Below are positions 1-9,053 of a DNA stretch of 36,048 nt, piece after piece. Each line of letters opens with the position of its first letter. Positions within the stretch are counted from its first letter, which is position 1. The position numbers and the translations under genes are program-made. The stretch lies in IMG/VR virus record IMGVR_UViG_3300045988_030305; one strand, written 5' to 3'. Below the pieces are notes generated by a model, which worked only from the letters and a program-made list of their open reading frames with translations, ran no database searches and had not been told where the DNA came from. The DNA is from a virus.

Positions 1-119
1 CAGCGCAGCATATCCCCGCGCATATTGCCCGTGTATGTGCAGTTAAGGGGCAGTCCCGCTCTCTTGAAGCAGTCTATTACAAGGCTGCTGCAATCATAGT
101 CAGGCCCCCAACGGTTTGC
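1..119. repeat. Terminal direct repeat copy 1 (circular closure overlap)
   Basis: Base-by-base reading shows 1-119 is identical to 35930-36048. Confidence 0.95.
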
Positions 120-191
120 CTGATCGTAGCCGTGACTGTCGTCCGCCGCTATCTCAAACGCGCGGGTCACGGCGTTGTCAATGATTCCCAT
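1..191 (-). CDS. Endolysin, N-terminal part (NlpC/P60-type); continues across the contig junction into 35422..35929
   Basis: ATG at 191..189 is preceded by GGAGGA. The product starts MGIIDNAVTRAFEIAADDSHGYDQANRWGPDYDCSSLVIDCF (catalytic Cys context). It is in frame with the 35422..35952 ORF after collapsing the overlap (191-23=168 nt). Confidence 0.85.
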   Translation of the reverse strand, partial: MGIIDNAVTRAFEIAADDSHGYDQANRWGPDYDCSSLVIDCFKRAGLPLNCTYTGNMRGDMLR

Positions 192-200
192 AGTGTCCTC

Positions 201-368
201 CTACTCTGTATACTCCACGCCGTACCGGTCGAAAAGCTCTTTAACCTTTGTGTTCTTGAGAATTTTTTGCTGCTGGCCATGATTCAGCGCATCATAAACC
301 GTCTGCAGCGCGGTCTTGGTATCGGCGGCTACTTCCTCCGCAGCTATCGTCCATTTCCCTTTACTCAT
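201..368 (-). CDS. Small hypothetical protein (55 aa) between the tail-fibre and lysis genes
   Basis: Hand translation gives MSKGKWTIAAEEVAADTKTALQTVYDALNHGQQQKILKNTKVKELFDRYGVEYTE. Its start overlaps the upstream stop (AATGAGTAA), and its stop lies in the endolysin SD. Confidence 0.5.
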   Translation of the reverse strand: MSKGKWTIAAEEVAADTKTALQTVYDALNHGQQQKILKNTKVKELFDRYGVEYTE

Positions 369-489
369 TGACCGTTACCCCCAGCACATTCAGTGCGTTC
401 TGCATGTCCTGCTTTTCCTCATCAGTTCCACCCTGCTTTATCTCCGCGATTCTGGCAAGGATGGCGTTCTTCCGTTCCTCGATAGTCAT
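361..489 (-). CDS. Small hypothetical protein (42 aa)
   Basis: Hand translation gives MTIEERKNAILARIAEIKQGGTDEEKQDMQNALNVLGVTVNE. There is an ATGA overlap with the stop of 486..788. Confidence 0.45.
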   Translation of the reverse strand: MTIEERKNAILARIAEIKQGGTDEEKQDMQNALNVLGVTVNE

Positions 490-788
490 TCAGCATTCAC
501 CCCCAATGCCGTTTCTATCTCTGATAAAGCCGCTTCGTACTGCTTGTTTTGACTTGACAGATATCCAGTCTGCGCCACATACGCTTCACCCAAGTCCTTC
601 CACGGAGTGACCATCTCGCCCCGGAACATCATGCCGTTCTCCTGTACCCACGTTTCGCCTGTCGGGACGAAGCGGAAGCTCTCTATCCACTTATCGCACT
701 TGCCGTTGAAAGCATCAGTCTCGATTGCTCTGCGCCCGTCAGCTGCGGAGACGTAGCACTTATAATCACTGTCTATGTAAATCGTCAC
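486..788 (-). CDS. Hypothetical tail-fibre-associated protein (100 aa)
   Basis: GTG start has AAGGAGG 7 nt upstream. It sits directly after the fibre genes. Confidence 0.6.
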   Translation of the reverse strand: MTIYIDSDYKCYVSAADGRRAIETDAFNGKCDKWIESFRFVPTGETWVQENGMMFRGEMVTPWKDLGEAYVAQTGYLSSQNKQYEAALSEIETALGVNAE

Positions 789-800
789 ACCGCGTCCTCC

Positions 801-1526
801 TTATTCAAGCCATATTTTAGTGACTCTCGCACTGAAAGATCCGGTATTTTTCATCGTGTAAAAATACATTGCGATGTAATAGGCCGTGCTTCCCACATTT
901 GACACATCCAGCGATAGTGTTTGTGAACCGGAAAGCGACGTGAAATTTGTCTGTGCAACAAAATCATTGTTGTCGTAGCTATTGCTACTTTTTAGCCCCC
1001 ACGAGCCCTTACTGCTACTGTCAAGGACTGTGCTCGCATTTGTAAGGGATATCTTTAGGGTCTTATAACCTGCGCAGCTAAATTTAGGTGTGATGTAAAA
1101 TGTACATACTGCCCAAGCCCCGCATTCCCAGAGCATATATGCGTTGTTTTTCGTAATACTTGACGCGCTATTGTCGTCGTTGCTTCCTACGTCAAACGCT
1201 GTTCCGGCGCTGTTCTTGCCGAAGGAACCGGCTTCGTAGATCACAAACTCATACGCCAGTACTACGCTCTGCACTTGATCCTTGGCGACGTAGACCTGTT
1301 TTGACACGGTTTTCCCCGCCGTGTTCGTCGCGGTCAGCGTATAGGATGCGTTGCCGATTGGTGCAAGGAATATGTAGGCCTTGGCGCTTGATGTGGTGTT
1401 GGTGTCTTTCGCGAACTGCTTTCCACTGGATGTGCCCTTGACTACCAAGGTGCTGTTCGCTGGGTAACTGACGCGGATGACTCCGGCAACATTTGTAATG
1501 CCTTTTCCCGACAAAACATGAATCAC
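801..1526 (-). CDS. Putative receptor-binding or tail-fibre distal protein (241 aa)
   Basis: GTGA overlap with the upstream gene and a GGAGGTG SD. The product is Ser/Thr/Asn-rich and beta-like, and the gene is at the end of the tail module. Confidence 0.55.
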   Translation of the reverse strand: MIHVLSGKGITNVAGVIRVSYPANSTLVVKGTSSGKQFAKDTNTTSSAKAYIFLAPIGNASYTLTATNTAGKTVSKQVYVAKDQVQSVVLAYEFVIYEAGSFGKNSAGTAFDVGSNDDNSASSITKNNAYMLWECGAWAVCTFYITPKFSCAGYKTLKISLTNASTVLDSSSKGSWGLKSSNSYDNNDFVAQTNFTSLSGSQTLSLDVSNVGSTAYYIAMYFYTMKNTGSFSARVTKIWLE

Positions 1527-2635
1527 GATATCACCTCCACATCACCTGTGATGAGCCAGACATCACCATTAGTTGCATCAGTGGACATCTTCTGCAAGGC
1601 GATCATATTGCAGCGCTCAACCAAGCCGAGGACAGCACTCTGGCTCTTCCCCAGAAGTGTTCCTTCGCCACGGTGAAGCAGTCTCACTCCGCTGATACTT
1701 ATCCTTGTTTTGTCGGACGGCCAAAGCTCAGTGAAGGCCACGGCAAACCCGTTTGATATTGCAGCGCTCAATTCAGCGTTCAGCGTCCATGTTTTTGTTG
1801 ACCCGGCAGATGTCCAGCCCGCATAATACGTGTTGCCTGCATCTGAATTTTCAAGATTCTTCCCGGCAGTCGCGCTCACGACCAAGCCGCACCGTCCGGA
1901 TACCGACAATTTCGATTGAGTGATCTCGCCGTCCGGTATCTTTGCAGCAGTAACAGACCCGTCAGCAAGGTCGGCGGTCTTGATGCTCCCCGTCGCGATG
2001 CCGCCCGTGGCATTGGTGATGCCGCGTCCGTTGCCGCCGTTGACGATGAGCGTTGCGATGGGGATAGTCACTGCCGCTGTTGGCTTTGTTTTTGCGAATA
2101 TCTCAATGTGCCCATTGCTTGCGAATGCCAACGCTGCGAAATTACCGCTCACTGCATCGCTCTGGTTGAATGCCACTATCGGGAAGTCATCTCCCGTCGC
2201 GCCGCTGATCGTGATCTGTGCCTTGTAACTGAATCCCGCAAGTGTGGTAGTATCCGCCGTCCATGCCGACACGGCGATCACCTGATTCTCGACGTAGCGC
2301 GAGGATATATCCGCCGCGCGAATCTGTCCGTAGTTCAGCCATTCATTACGCAGGCCGTCAAAGATGTACAGGTTATAGGGCGTCGCTGCGCCTACACTGT
2401 ACGCATCGCCGATGTTCTGCGGCGCGGATGCTTGCAGCTCCGCGACCGTGTTGAAGTGGCCGAGGATTTTGAGATTGCTCCCGAACGGCACAGCGCCGAT
2501 GTTCTCTCGCGCCTGTGCTTTCTGAGAATCAGACAACTCCTGCTCAGCGTTGAATCTGACCGCGCCCGTTAGGGTGTCGTCTATTTCCTGATGCAGTTGA
2601 GATAGTGGGAAGTAAGATACTGTGTTTGTCGCCAT
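1523..2635 (-). CDS. Tail fibre protein (370 aa)
   Basis: The N-terminus ...ELSDSQKAQARENIGAVPFG is a motif recurrent in prophage tail-fibre N-termini (from memory). Position follows the tail-tip gene. Confidence 0.65.
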   Translation of the reverse strand: MATNTVSYFPLSQLHQEIDDTLTGAVRFNAEQELSDSQKAQARENIGAVPFGSNLKILGHFNTVAELQASAPQNIGDAYSVGAATPYNLYIFDGLRNEWLNYGQIRAADISSRYVENQVIAVSAWTADTTTLAGFSYKAQITISGATGDDFPIVAFNQSDAVSGNFAALAFASNGHIEIFAKTKPTAAVTIPIATLIVNGGNGRGITNATGGIATGSIKTADLADGSVTAAKIPDGEITQSKLSVSGRCGLVVSATAGKNLENSDAGNTYYAGWTSAGSTKTWTLNAELSAAISNGFAVAFTELWPSDKTRISISGVRLLHRGEGTLLGKSQSAVLGLVERCNMIALQKMSTDATNGDVWLITGDVEVIS

Positions 2636-2654
2636 GTTTTTTTTACCGCCTAAT

Positions 2655-4847
2655 TTAATAATAAATTATGAGCACGCCTGCATTTCCCTTTGTCCCGGCG
2701 CTGCCTTTGCCGCCGTTGCCACCGGGATACGAAGCCGTGGAGATCAGCGTTGAATACTCATGATTCCACCAGTAGATTGCAGTGGCGCCGCCACCGCCGC
2801 CGCCACCATTGCCGCCGTTGCCGCCGTTGCCGTAGCCGTCGAGCGTCGGGATTGCATCAGCTGCATCGGCACCTTCACCGCCTATATCTAATACAATCCA
2901 GCCATCTTGTTCGATGAAGTTTCCATCCGCATCCCTTTTCCAGCCGCCTGTTCCGCCGTCGTGACCGTTGACGCCATAAGCAGCACCGCCGCCGCCCGTG
3001 CCACCGTATTTGATCGTCAGGTTCGCGCTGGTGCCGACTTCGGCTCCGTTGAAGTCCTGCGTTTTGCCGCCCTTGCCGCCTTTGTATTTAACACCGTTAT
3101 ATTCAACGTCTTCACCGTTGGCGGCGCGTTGAGGCGACGAACCTATAGGCGGGTTCCTGCCGCCCTTGCCCCCAGCAGCACCGTCAACCCCGCCATTTCC
3201 GGGCAGCGCGTAGACCGCCCCCGAAAATAGCTCGACGAAACCTGAACTTGACGCGTGACCATTTGCAGACGAATAGACATCATCAGCAGCATAAAGCAGT
3301 GTGTTACCGTCGGCGTTCTTATAACGGAGGAACGCCAGGTTTGCGCAATCGATGGTTACGGAATACACCTTTCCGCCTGTGCCGCCCTTGCCACCTTTTC
3401 CACCAGCCCCGCCGGGGCCGCCGCCGTCATCATCGCCTTTGCTGCCTGTTTTTCCATCAGTCCCGCTCTCACCGTCTGAGCCGTGGCCGATCAGGACACA
3501 GCGTATCTGCGGCACGTCCTTCGCGTAGACGCTATCGGGAATATTCCAGCGCTGCTCTGTATCTTTAAGCTCAAGGATCGCCCTTTTCCCGAAAGACGTG
3601 CCCTCGGCCACCGGCATATAGTCCTGTATCCATTCGCATTCAGCTTTCAGGAAACTCGACACCATGGTGGACTTCTTTGTGAGGAAGGCATTTGTCGGCT
3701 CGTGAAATGCGTTCTCGAAGCTATATCTCTTTCCGGTCATTTCGCCATCAACGATGATCGAATTCTGCACGGTCGTTGCGTGAAAGTAGTAGGCTGAAAG
3801 CCTCGCAAGGACATTCTCGGAATTAGCCATAGTCACCAGCGTCGCCTCTTCGACGGTGACGATCTTCTCGGTCAAGGCTTCAGCGTTATCCGCGGTCAAC
3901 CGCTTTACCGTGTGTACATACGGCTTCCCCTTCAGGACTCCCGTGCCGGATACGACGGCGTAGTTCGTCCCCGAAGAGCTTATCGTGAGGTCTCCGCCCT
4001 CCTCTACCGTCAGGGAGGGCGCATATACAGGCTTGTCGAAGGTCACAATCACGTTCTCGACGGCCTCGGCCTGCGTGTCGTACAGTACCTCATATTCCGT
4101 TGTAGACAGATAGTGGTATCCGTGTTCAAGCACTTCCACCCTTGAGGCAGGTTCTCCGTAGACGACACTGCCACCGTTGAACACGCGGTTGCTCGGTATC
4201 TTCTGCGAGTCAACAGCCTTAAGGAACGTGAACAGCATGCCGCCCGTGTCCGACCGAGTGATAGTGACTCCAAACGCGACAAGCAGCTGATGCAGGTTCC
4301 GGCGGCGCGTGGAGTACGGCAGCCATCCGAACACCTGAAGCTCCGCGACGTCAGGTTCGATCTCGTAGCTGTATTCGTCGCCCATGATCTCTGCTGCCAC
4401 CGCGTCGAAGCGCTGCCCGGTATAGATGCCGCCCTTGCTGCGCTGCCTGTTCATCAGGCCGACAGCAGACATGCAGTTGATCTTAAACAGGTTCTTTCCC
4501 TGCCGGTCGACCGTGTTGCAGTAAAACAGCCCGTTGATCTTGCCGTCGACGTAGAACCTGACCGGCGTTCCGTAGGGGATATTGCGGATATCGTAATTAT
4601 ATCTACTGCAGAGGACGTAGCCGTCCGCAGATATTAGCCCGTTGTAATTTTCCTGATCTGCTGGAGTGAGAATGTACTGAATTAACAGATTGTAGCTGAC
4701 AATAGGGACGAACTGATCTATAAACAGCTCATCGCCTATTGGTGACACCGCCGTCTCTTCAGTCACGTTCTTGATGCTGTCGTTATAAAAGGTCAGGATC
4801 GGCGCGTTTTCGTCGCCGATCACTACTTTATTCGGGATGGCTCTCAT
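2655..4847 (-). CDS. Tail-tip or baseplate-hub protein (Tal-like, 730 aa) with glycine-rich C-terminal repeats
   Basis: Large ORF immediately after the Dit-like gene (ATGA overlap). The C-terminal third is full of GGxGG runs (GGNGGNGGNGGGGGGG). Confidence 0.7.
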   Translation of the reverse strand: MRAIPNKVVIGDENAPILTFYNDSIKNVTEETAVSPIGDELFIDQFVPIVSYNLLIQYILTPADQENYNGLISADGYVLCSRYNYDIRNIPYGTPVRFYVDGKINGLFYCNTVDRQGKNLFKINCMSAVGLMNRQRSKGGIYTGQRFDAVAAEIMGDEYSYEIEPDVAELQVFGWLPYSTRRRNLHQLLVAFGVTITRSDTGGMLFTFLKAVDSQKIPSNRVFNGGSVVYGEPASRVEVLEHGYHYLSTTEYEVLYDTQAEAVENVIVTFDKPVYAPSLTVEEGGDLTISSSGTNYAVVSGTGVLKGKPYVHTVKRLTADNAEALTEKIVTVEEATLVTMANSENVLARLSAYYFHATTVQNSIIVDGEMTGKRYSFENAFHEPTNAFLTKKSTMVSSFLKAECEWIQDYMPVAEGTSFGKRAILELKDTEQRWNIPDSVYAKDVPQIRCVLIGHGSDGESGTDGKTGSKGDDDGGGPGGAGGKGGKGGTGGKVYSVTIDCANLAFLRYKNADGNTLLYAADDVYSSANGHASSSGFVELFSGAVYALPGNGGVDGAAGGKGGRNPPIGSSPQRAANGEDVEYNGVKYKGGKGGKTQDFNGAEVGTSANLTIKYGGTGGGGAAYGVNGHDGGTGGWKRDADGNFIEQDGWIVLDIGGEGADAADAIPTLDGYGNGGNGGNGGGGGGGATAIYWWNHEYSTLISTASYPGGNGGKGSAGTKGNAGVLIIYY

Positions 4848-5227
4848 AGTGGGCTTCTCCCCTCAAATGTTATGGTGCTCGCGAACCAGTAGTCCTTCCC
4901 GTCGGTGCCCGTCAGCCTGTGCCCAGCCTGTATATCGCTGTATATCGCCTCGATGGTCTTATACTCCCGCTCGCACAGGTCGAAGTAATAGACCTGTGCG
5001 TAGTCTTTCTTATACAGATTCGCAATAAAAGCCGATAGTTTGTCCTCGTCGACCGGCATGAAGCCGAATGTCACGATTGGTCTGACCGCTATGACGTCAA
5101 CGGTAGTGCTCCCGTCGAGCATGTCGCCGCCGGCGTCGCCCATGATTTTCTTGTATGTGACAGAATACCCGTAACGGGTAAAAATCGAGGAGCAGTCTAT
5201 GTTATTCACTTTGATATCCTTGTTCAT
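4844..5227 (-). CDS. Distal-tail-protein-like tail component (127 aa)
   Basis: AAGGAGGAG SD. Position is between the tape measure and the tail-tip protein. Confidence 0.45.
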   Translation of the reverse strand: MNKDIKVNNIDCSSIFTRYGYSVTYKKIMGDAGGDMLDGSTTVDVIAVRPIVTFGFMPVDEDKLSAFIANLYKKDYAQVYYFDLCEREYKTIEAIYSDIQAGHRLTGTDGKDYWFASTITFEGRSPL

Positions 5228-5240
5228 AGCCCGCTCCTCC

Positions 5241-7463
5241 TTATGCCTTGATCAGTTTCTGACCGTGGTAGTCTTCTTCCTTGAGTATGTAGTTGTATAT
5301 CTTCCTCGCGACGGTCGCGCCGTCGAGCTCGGTTCTGGACTCGATGTTGAGGACAATCGGCTGCGCGGCTGCAGCGTTCCCCGCTCCGCCCTTGCGCCAA
5401 TTGTCCGCCTCGCGTGACGTGAGCACGGCCTCGCCGCGGTGAAGCACAGCGGGGTATCCGTTATAGGGTACGTAGTCAAGGCCGCCTGCGTGGCCTCTGC
5501 CGCCGCCTGTGGAAGCGCCGATTCTCGACAAGGCGTTGTTTATCCTTGCCGCAGCTGTGCTGGCAATGCTCTCAGCAACAGCGTAAACGTCGCTGCTTTT
5601 GAACCACATGCCATTGATGAACTGCTGCATGGCCGACTCTCCTGCGCCCTGGAACTCGCCAGAGTACACCGCAGTTTTTACCGCTTCCGCGGTGCGCGAT
5701 GCGACGTCGGTGCCGGCTTCTTCCGCGCTGGTGTCGTCATTCATTGCTTGGGCGATCTGCGTCGCTGGGTTTTCCGCATCCGCCGGAATGCCGATAGCCG
5801 TGAGGAATGCGTTTTTCCCTGCTTCGCCGCCTTCTGTCCAAAGCCTGATAAGCTCCGCAAGCCCTTCTTCACTGCCTGCGTTCGCTTCGGCCAGCATAGA
5901 AACGACACCTGCATACATCTCGGGGCCACCTGCAAAGAGCATATCGGCCAGCTCCTGCGGCAGCACGCCGACAAGCTGCGCCATGTTTTCCGAAAACTGG
6001 TTCGTGGCGTCGATATTGTGTTGCATATTCTCAAGCGCCTGTGCGTACGACAGCTCGCTCTCGGTGTTGATCTGTGAGAACATATTCGTCGCCGCGCTTG
6101 TGTAGGTGCTGAGAAGCTCTGTCGCTTCTTCGACCGTCATATTCACGCCGGTGAGCTCCACAGAAAAGCCGTTTGCGCTGACCGTCATTTTATTAAGGCC
6201 GTCAGCCGCAGCGTTCGCCGCATTCGCTACGTCCGCCTGTTTGGCTTCCATTTCCTCAAGCTGCGCCGTCGCCCGCTCGATTTCAGCGCCTTTCAGCCCC
6301 AGAGCCTCGCCCTTGGACACTTCATCCATGCTGGAGTTCAGGATAGCGTCATAGGAGCGCTTCATGGCTTCAAGCTGCTTCCGGGCTTCTTCGATGTCAT
6401 CCGTATCAATCGGATGCTCCATCTTGTCGACGACCCGTGCCCACTTCTCGGTAAGGTTTGCAGCTCCTGCTACGAGTTTTTCTGTGAGCCCGAGTATGTC
6501 CTGCATCGCGGGCGCTAAGATAGTACTGAGCGCCGTCTTCAGCCGTGAGGTCTGCTCGCCGACTTTTGCCTGCGCGCTCTGCAGCCTAAGCTGGCTCTCT
6601 CGCGCCGCAATGACCGCCGCATTATTTTCATACATCGCCGACGCAGCATCGTTGTACTTCCCGGCCAGTGTGTCGGTAATCAGTGCTGTGCGCTCTTGCG
6701 TATCTGCGCACTGTGAAAGCTTGATGTTGAAATCGTCTTCTGAAATGCCAACCCAGTTAAGGGCATCGGCAAGGACACCCGTGACCTGGCCGACCTTCGC
6801 CGTCTCGTTGGAAGCTTCAATAAGCCCCTCTATAGGGAGAGAGTCTCCGAAGGTGCCGTTGACACCCGCCGCAATTGTCGTCCACCGGCTCAGTTCCTGC
6901 TGATTCGTGGACAGCCTTGCGAGCAGCTGTGACGCTTCCGTGGCTGTATCGACATCACCAAGGATTTTATAAAACTCGGTAAATGTTCCTTTGGCCGCCG
7001 CGCTGGAATAACCTACTGTCTGGAACGCCGTGTTGAGTTTGCCCATAGCAACGCGGAAATCCTCTGTCGATTCATCGAGGTTCCAGATTGCTTCCGCCGA
7101 GCTCTTTACAGTATTCCATATTCCTTCAATAGCTGACGCTATCAGGCTACCTTTTGCTGCTGCTTCGGTGAACTTTCCCGCGAGATCGTCCAGCCCGCCC
7201 GCAGCGTCACCGCTTTCGTCTCCGACGTCCTTAATGCCGTCTGCTGCTTGCCCCATTGCCGAGTCTGCCTGCTTTGCTTCAGTACCGGCATCGCTAACTG
7301 CGTCAGCCATCTTGTCGACTGCCGCATCCGCTTTCTCGGAATCGCTTTTCATGTCCTTTGTCGCATCGCCAAAGTTGTCAACGGATTTCGCCGCTTTGTC
7401 GAGGTCACTATCGAAGTTTCCCGTGTTGACACTCAGTTTCGCGAATAATTCAAATACGTTCAC
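5241..7463 (-). CDS. Tail tape measure protein (740 aa)
   Basis: Long Ala/Glu/Gln-rich helical ORF directly after the chaperone pair. GTG start with a GAGGAG SD. Confidence 0.9.
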   Translation of the reverse strand: MNVFELFAKLSVNTGNFDSDLDKAAKSVDNFGDATKDMKSDSEKADAAVDKMADAVSDAGTEAKQADSAMGQAADGIKDVGDESGDAAGGLDDLAGKFTEAAAKGSLIASAIEGIWNTVKSSAEAIWNLDESTEDFRVAMGKLNTAFQTVGYSSAAAKGTFTEFYKILGDVDTATEASQLLARLSTNQQELSRWTTIAAGVNGTFGDSLPIEGLIEASNETAKVGQVTGVLADALNWVGISEDDFNIKLSQCADTQERTALITDTLAGKYNDAASAMYENNAAVIAARESQLRLQSAQAKVGEQTSRLKTALSTILAPAMQDILGLTEKLVAGAANLTEKWARVVDKMEHPIDTDDIEEARKQLEAMKRSYDAILNSSMDEVSKGEALGLKGAEIERATAQLEEMEAKQADVANAANAAADGLNKMTVSANGFSVELTGVNMTVEEATELLSTYTSAATNMFSQINTESELSYAQALENMQHNIDATNQFSENMAQLVGVLPQELADMLFAGGPEMYAGVVSMLAEANAGSEEGLAELIRLWTEGGEAGKNAFLTAIGIPADAENPATQIAQAMNDDTSAEEAGTDVASRTAEAVKTAVYSGEFQGAGESAMQQFINGMWFKSSDVYAVAESIASTAAARINNALSRIGASTGGGRGHAGGLDYVPYNGYPAVLHRGEAVLTSREADNWRKGGAGNAAAAQPIVLNIESRTELDGATVARKIYNYILKEEDYHGQKLIKA

Positions 7464-7466
7464 GGG

Positions 7467-7772
7467 TTACTCCTCTCCGCGTATTTTTGCCCACACGCGT
7501 TTGACAATCTCTTGCGGGTCAATGTCCGTTTCCGCAGGCCCCGGCGCTATCGTCTCGCTGTACCGCTTGGACAAGTGCATATTGTTCCCTCGGTCCAGCG
7601 CATACAGGGCGTCAGCAATGTAATGCCGGTATATTTCATCATCGCTATGCTTCTTGTATCTGGCCTGTGCGTATCGGCTTATAAGCTTCAGGTCTGCTGG
7701 CCCTTTATATTCTCCTGCGCAGAGCCAGAACGTATTTCTGCACTCCGCGCCTGAATAAAAAAAGCTTTCCAC
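7467..7772 (-). CDS. Tail assembly chaperone, -1 frame extension (T part of the G-T fusion)
   Basis: It overlaps the 3' end of 7688..8122 in the -1 frame, and a T7 slippery run lies in the overlap. Confidence 0.75.
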   Translation of the reverse strand: MESFFYSGAECRNTFWLCAGEYKGPADLKLISRYAQARYKKHSDDEIYRHYIADALYALDRGNNMHLSKRYSETIAPGPAETDIDPQEIVKRVWAKIRGEE

Positions 7773-8122
7773 ACCGGATCTGAAATAAGGTCTGCCCAGT
7801 CACTCAGCGCCTGAGCATAGCTCAGGGTTGCTTTGTATTCTTCAGGCGTGGTCTCGTAGCAGACGGCCATGATGGCCGCGAAATCATCCTCATGCTTGCT
7901 GAGGATCTTGAAAAGCTGCTGGAGCATATAGGACTTCCCGTCGCGGCCTTCGGGGCAGTGCTCCTTCTTGTACAGTTCCCGCGTTTCCGCGTCCTCGGCG
8001 ATATTGCATATCGGGTCGATGATAGTGGCAAAGGCGCTTATCGCGCCCTTGCCTTTAATTTCTGAAAGCTTCCTCATATCAACCGCCCGTTTCTGCTGCG
8101 CCAGCGGATATGTACAGTTCAA
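7688..8122 (-). CDS. Tail assembly chaperone (G-like); alternative ATG start at 8077
   Basis: Position is between the major tail gene and the tape measure. The start is either the track TTG at 8122 or an ATG at 8077, one nt after the major tail stop. Confidence 0.75.
   Translation of the reverse strand: MNCTYPLAQQKRAVDMRKLSEIKGKGAISAFATIIDPICNIAEDAETRELYKKEHCPEGRDGKSYMLQQLFKILSKHEDDFAAIMAVCYETTPEEYKATLSYAQALSDWADLISDPVWKAFFIQARSAEIRSGSAQENIKGQQT
7757..7763 (-). promoter_or_regulatory. Slippery heptanucleotide U_UUU_UUU for a programmed -1 frameshift
   Basis: The minus strand reads GCT TTT TTT ATT in the zero frame, and the -1 frame reads TTT TTT TAT and stays open to 7467. Confidence 0.75.
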
Positions 8123-8678
8123 ACGGAACCGTTTCCTGATCTTCTATGCTGGTAAATCCCGTGAACTCCGCGCTGAACTGGGTCTTCCCCTTGTTCGCCG
8201 ATTGCAGCGTGAATCCGCCTGTCGACAGGGCGTTGATTACCTTAATAGCGATGAACCCGCCCTTTGTCGCGCCGTTCTTATCGGAATAGTCGCCGACATA
8301 CCAGATATCGCCGAAGTCGGTATCCTTGAGGTCGACGCGCGGCGTAATCTTAGTGGTGTCGGTGGTGTCGATGTCCGCCGCTGCGATCAGCTTCTTCCCG
8401 AGATTATTATTCATCGTCACAAAAGTAGTGGACAGCTTGACGGTCCAGCCGTCGCACTGCGCCAGTTCTTTTGTGTTGCGCGGGCAATTATCGATTCCGT
8501 CGCCGTTATCGATTATCGACGGTACCGCCGAAAAGTTGCTGCCGCCATTTGTCGCGCCGAGAATTTTACTATCATCAGGGGCGGTGGAGGGCGCCGCCGG
8601 GTTGAACTCGCTGAGAATAACCCCCGCATTCAAGGCAAGTTCCTTAAATGTATTTGTCGGTATCTTGGTAAATTTCAT
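8079..8678 (-). CDS. Major tail protein (199 aa)
   Basis: Size and position upstream of the chaperone pair fit. The product starts MKFTKIPTNTFKELALNAG and has typical siphovirus major-tail character. Confidence 0.75.
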   Translation of the reverse strand: MKFTKIPTNTFKELALNAGVILSEFNPAAPSTAPDDSKILGATNGGSNFSAVPSIIDNGDGIDNCPRNTKELAQCDGWTVKLSTTFVTMNNNLGKKLIAAADIDTTDTTKITPRVDLKDTDFGDIWYVGDYSDKNGATKGGFIAIKVINALSTGGFTLQSANKGKTQFSAEFTGFTSIEDQETVPFELYISAGAAETGG

Positions 8679-8687
8679 TTCTGCACC

Positions 8688-9053
8688 TCAGTCCTGTGTA
8701 AGGTAATCGGCCGTTATCTGCAGATAGCGGCCTTTGATGTTGTCGTCGGCTTGGTCGGTCTGTGCCTGTGAGAATGGCGAACCGCGCTGAATCAGCACCG
8801 CTCCGCCATCGCACGGAAGATACACTCCTCCGCCGATCGCTGTTGATATCTCCTGCACTTTGGCATTTATGTTTAACTCACTCTTGCCGTAGTACCAGAG
8901 GTTGACCACGATGGGCACGGAACCGTCATCGATTGAGCCAATGTTCGGTTCGTACACCAGATACGGAAAAGCCGTGTCTGCTTCGGCTGCGGCTGGGTAC
9001 GCAGGGAGGCCGAAGCCCGAGAAGAACGTATACAGCGCTGCTGCCTTCGTCAC
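8688..9053 (-). CDS. Tail completion or tail terminator-like protein (121 aa)
   Basis: Assigned by its position just upstream of the major tail gene. Confidence 0.5.
   Translation of the reverse strand: MTKAAALYTFFSGFGLPAYPAAAEADTAFPYLVYEPNIGSIDDGSVPIVVNLWYYGKSELNINAKVQEISTAIGGGVYLPCDGGAVLIQRGSPFSQAQTDQADDNIKGRYLQITADYLTQD

Noticed and set aside
1-119. A biological direct terminal repeat or cos-type end
   Set aside because: An essential gene (the endolysin) reads straight through the join, and the terminase is PBSX or headful type. An assembly overlap of a circular or concatemeric template is the simpler explanation. This is not proven without reads.
2655-3485. Diversity-generating retroelement variable region in the tail protein
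   Set aside because: No reverse transcriptase gene and no template-repeat copy occur anywhere in the window. The repetitiveness is simple Gly-codon repetition.
5439-6105. 212-aa and 168-aa plus-strand ORFs inside the tape measure region
   Set aside because: They are antisense to the tape measure gene, their products are low-complexity, and they have no SD.
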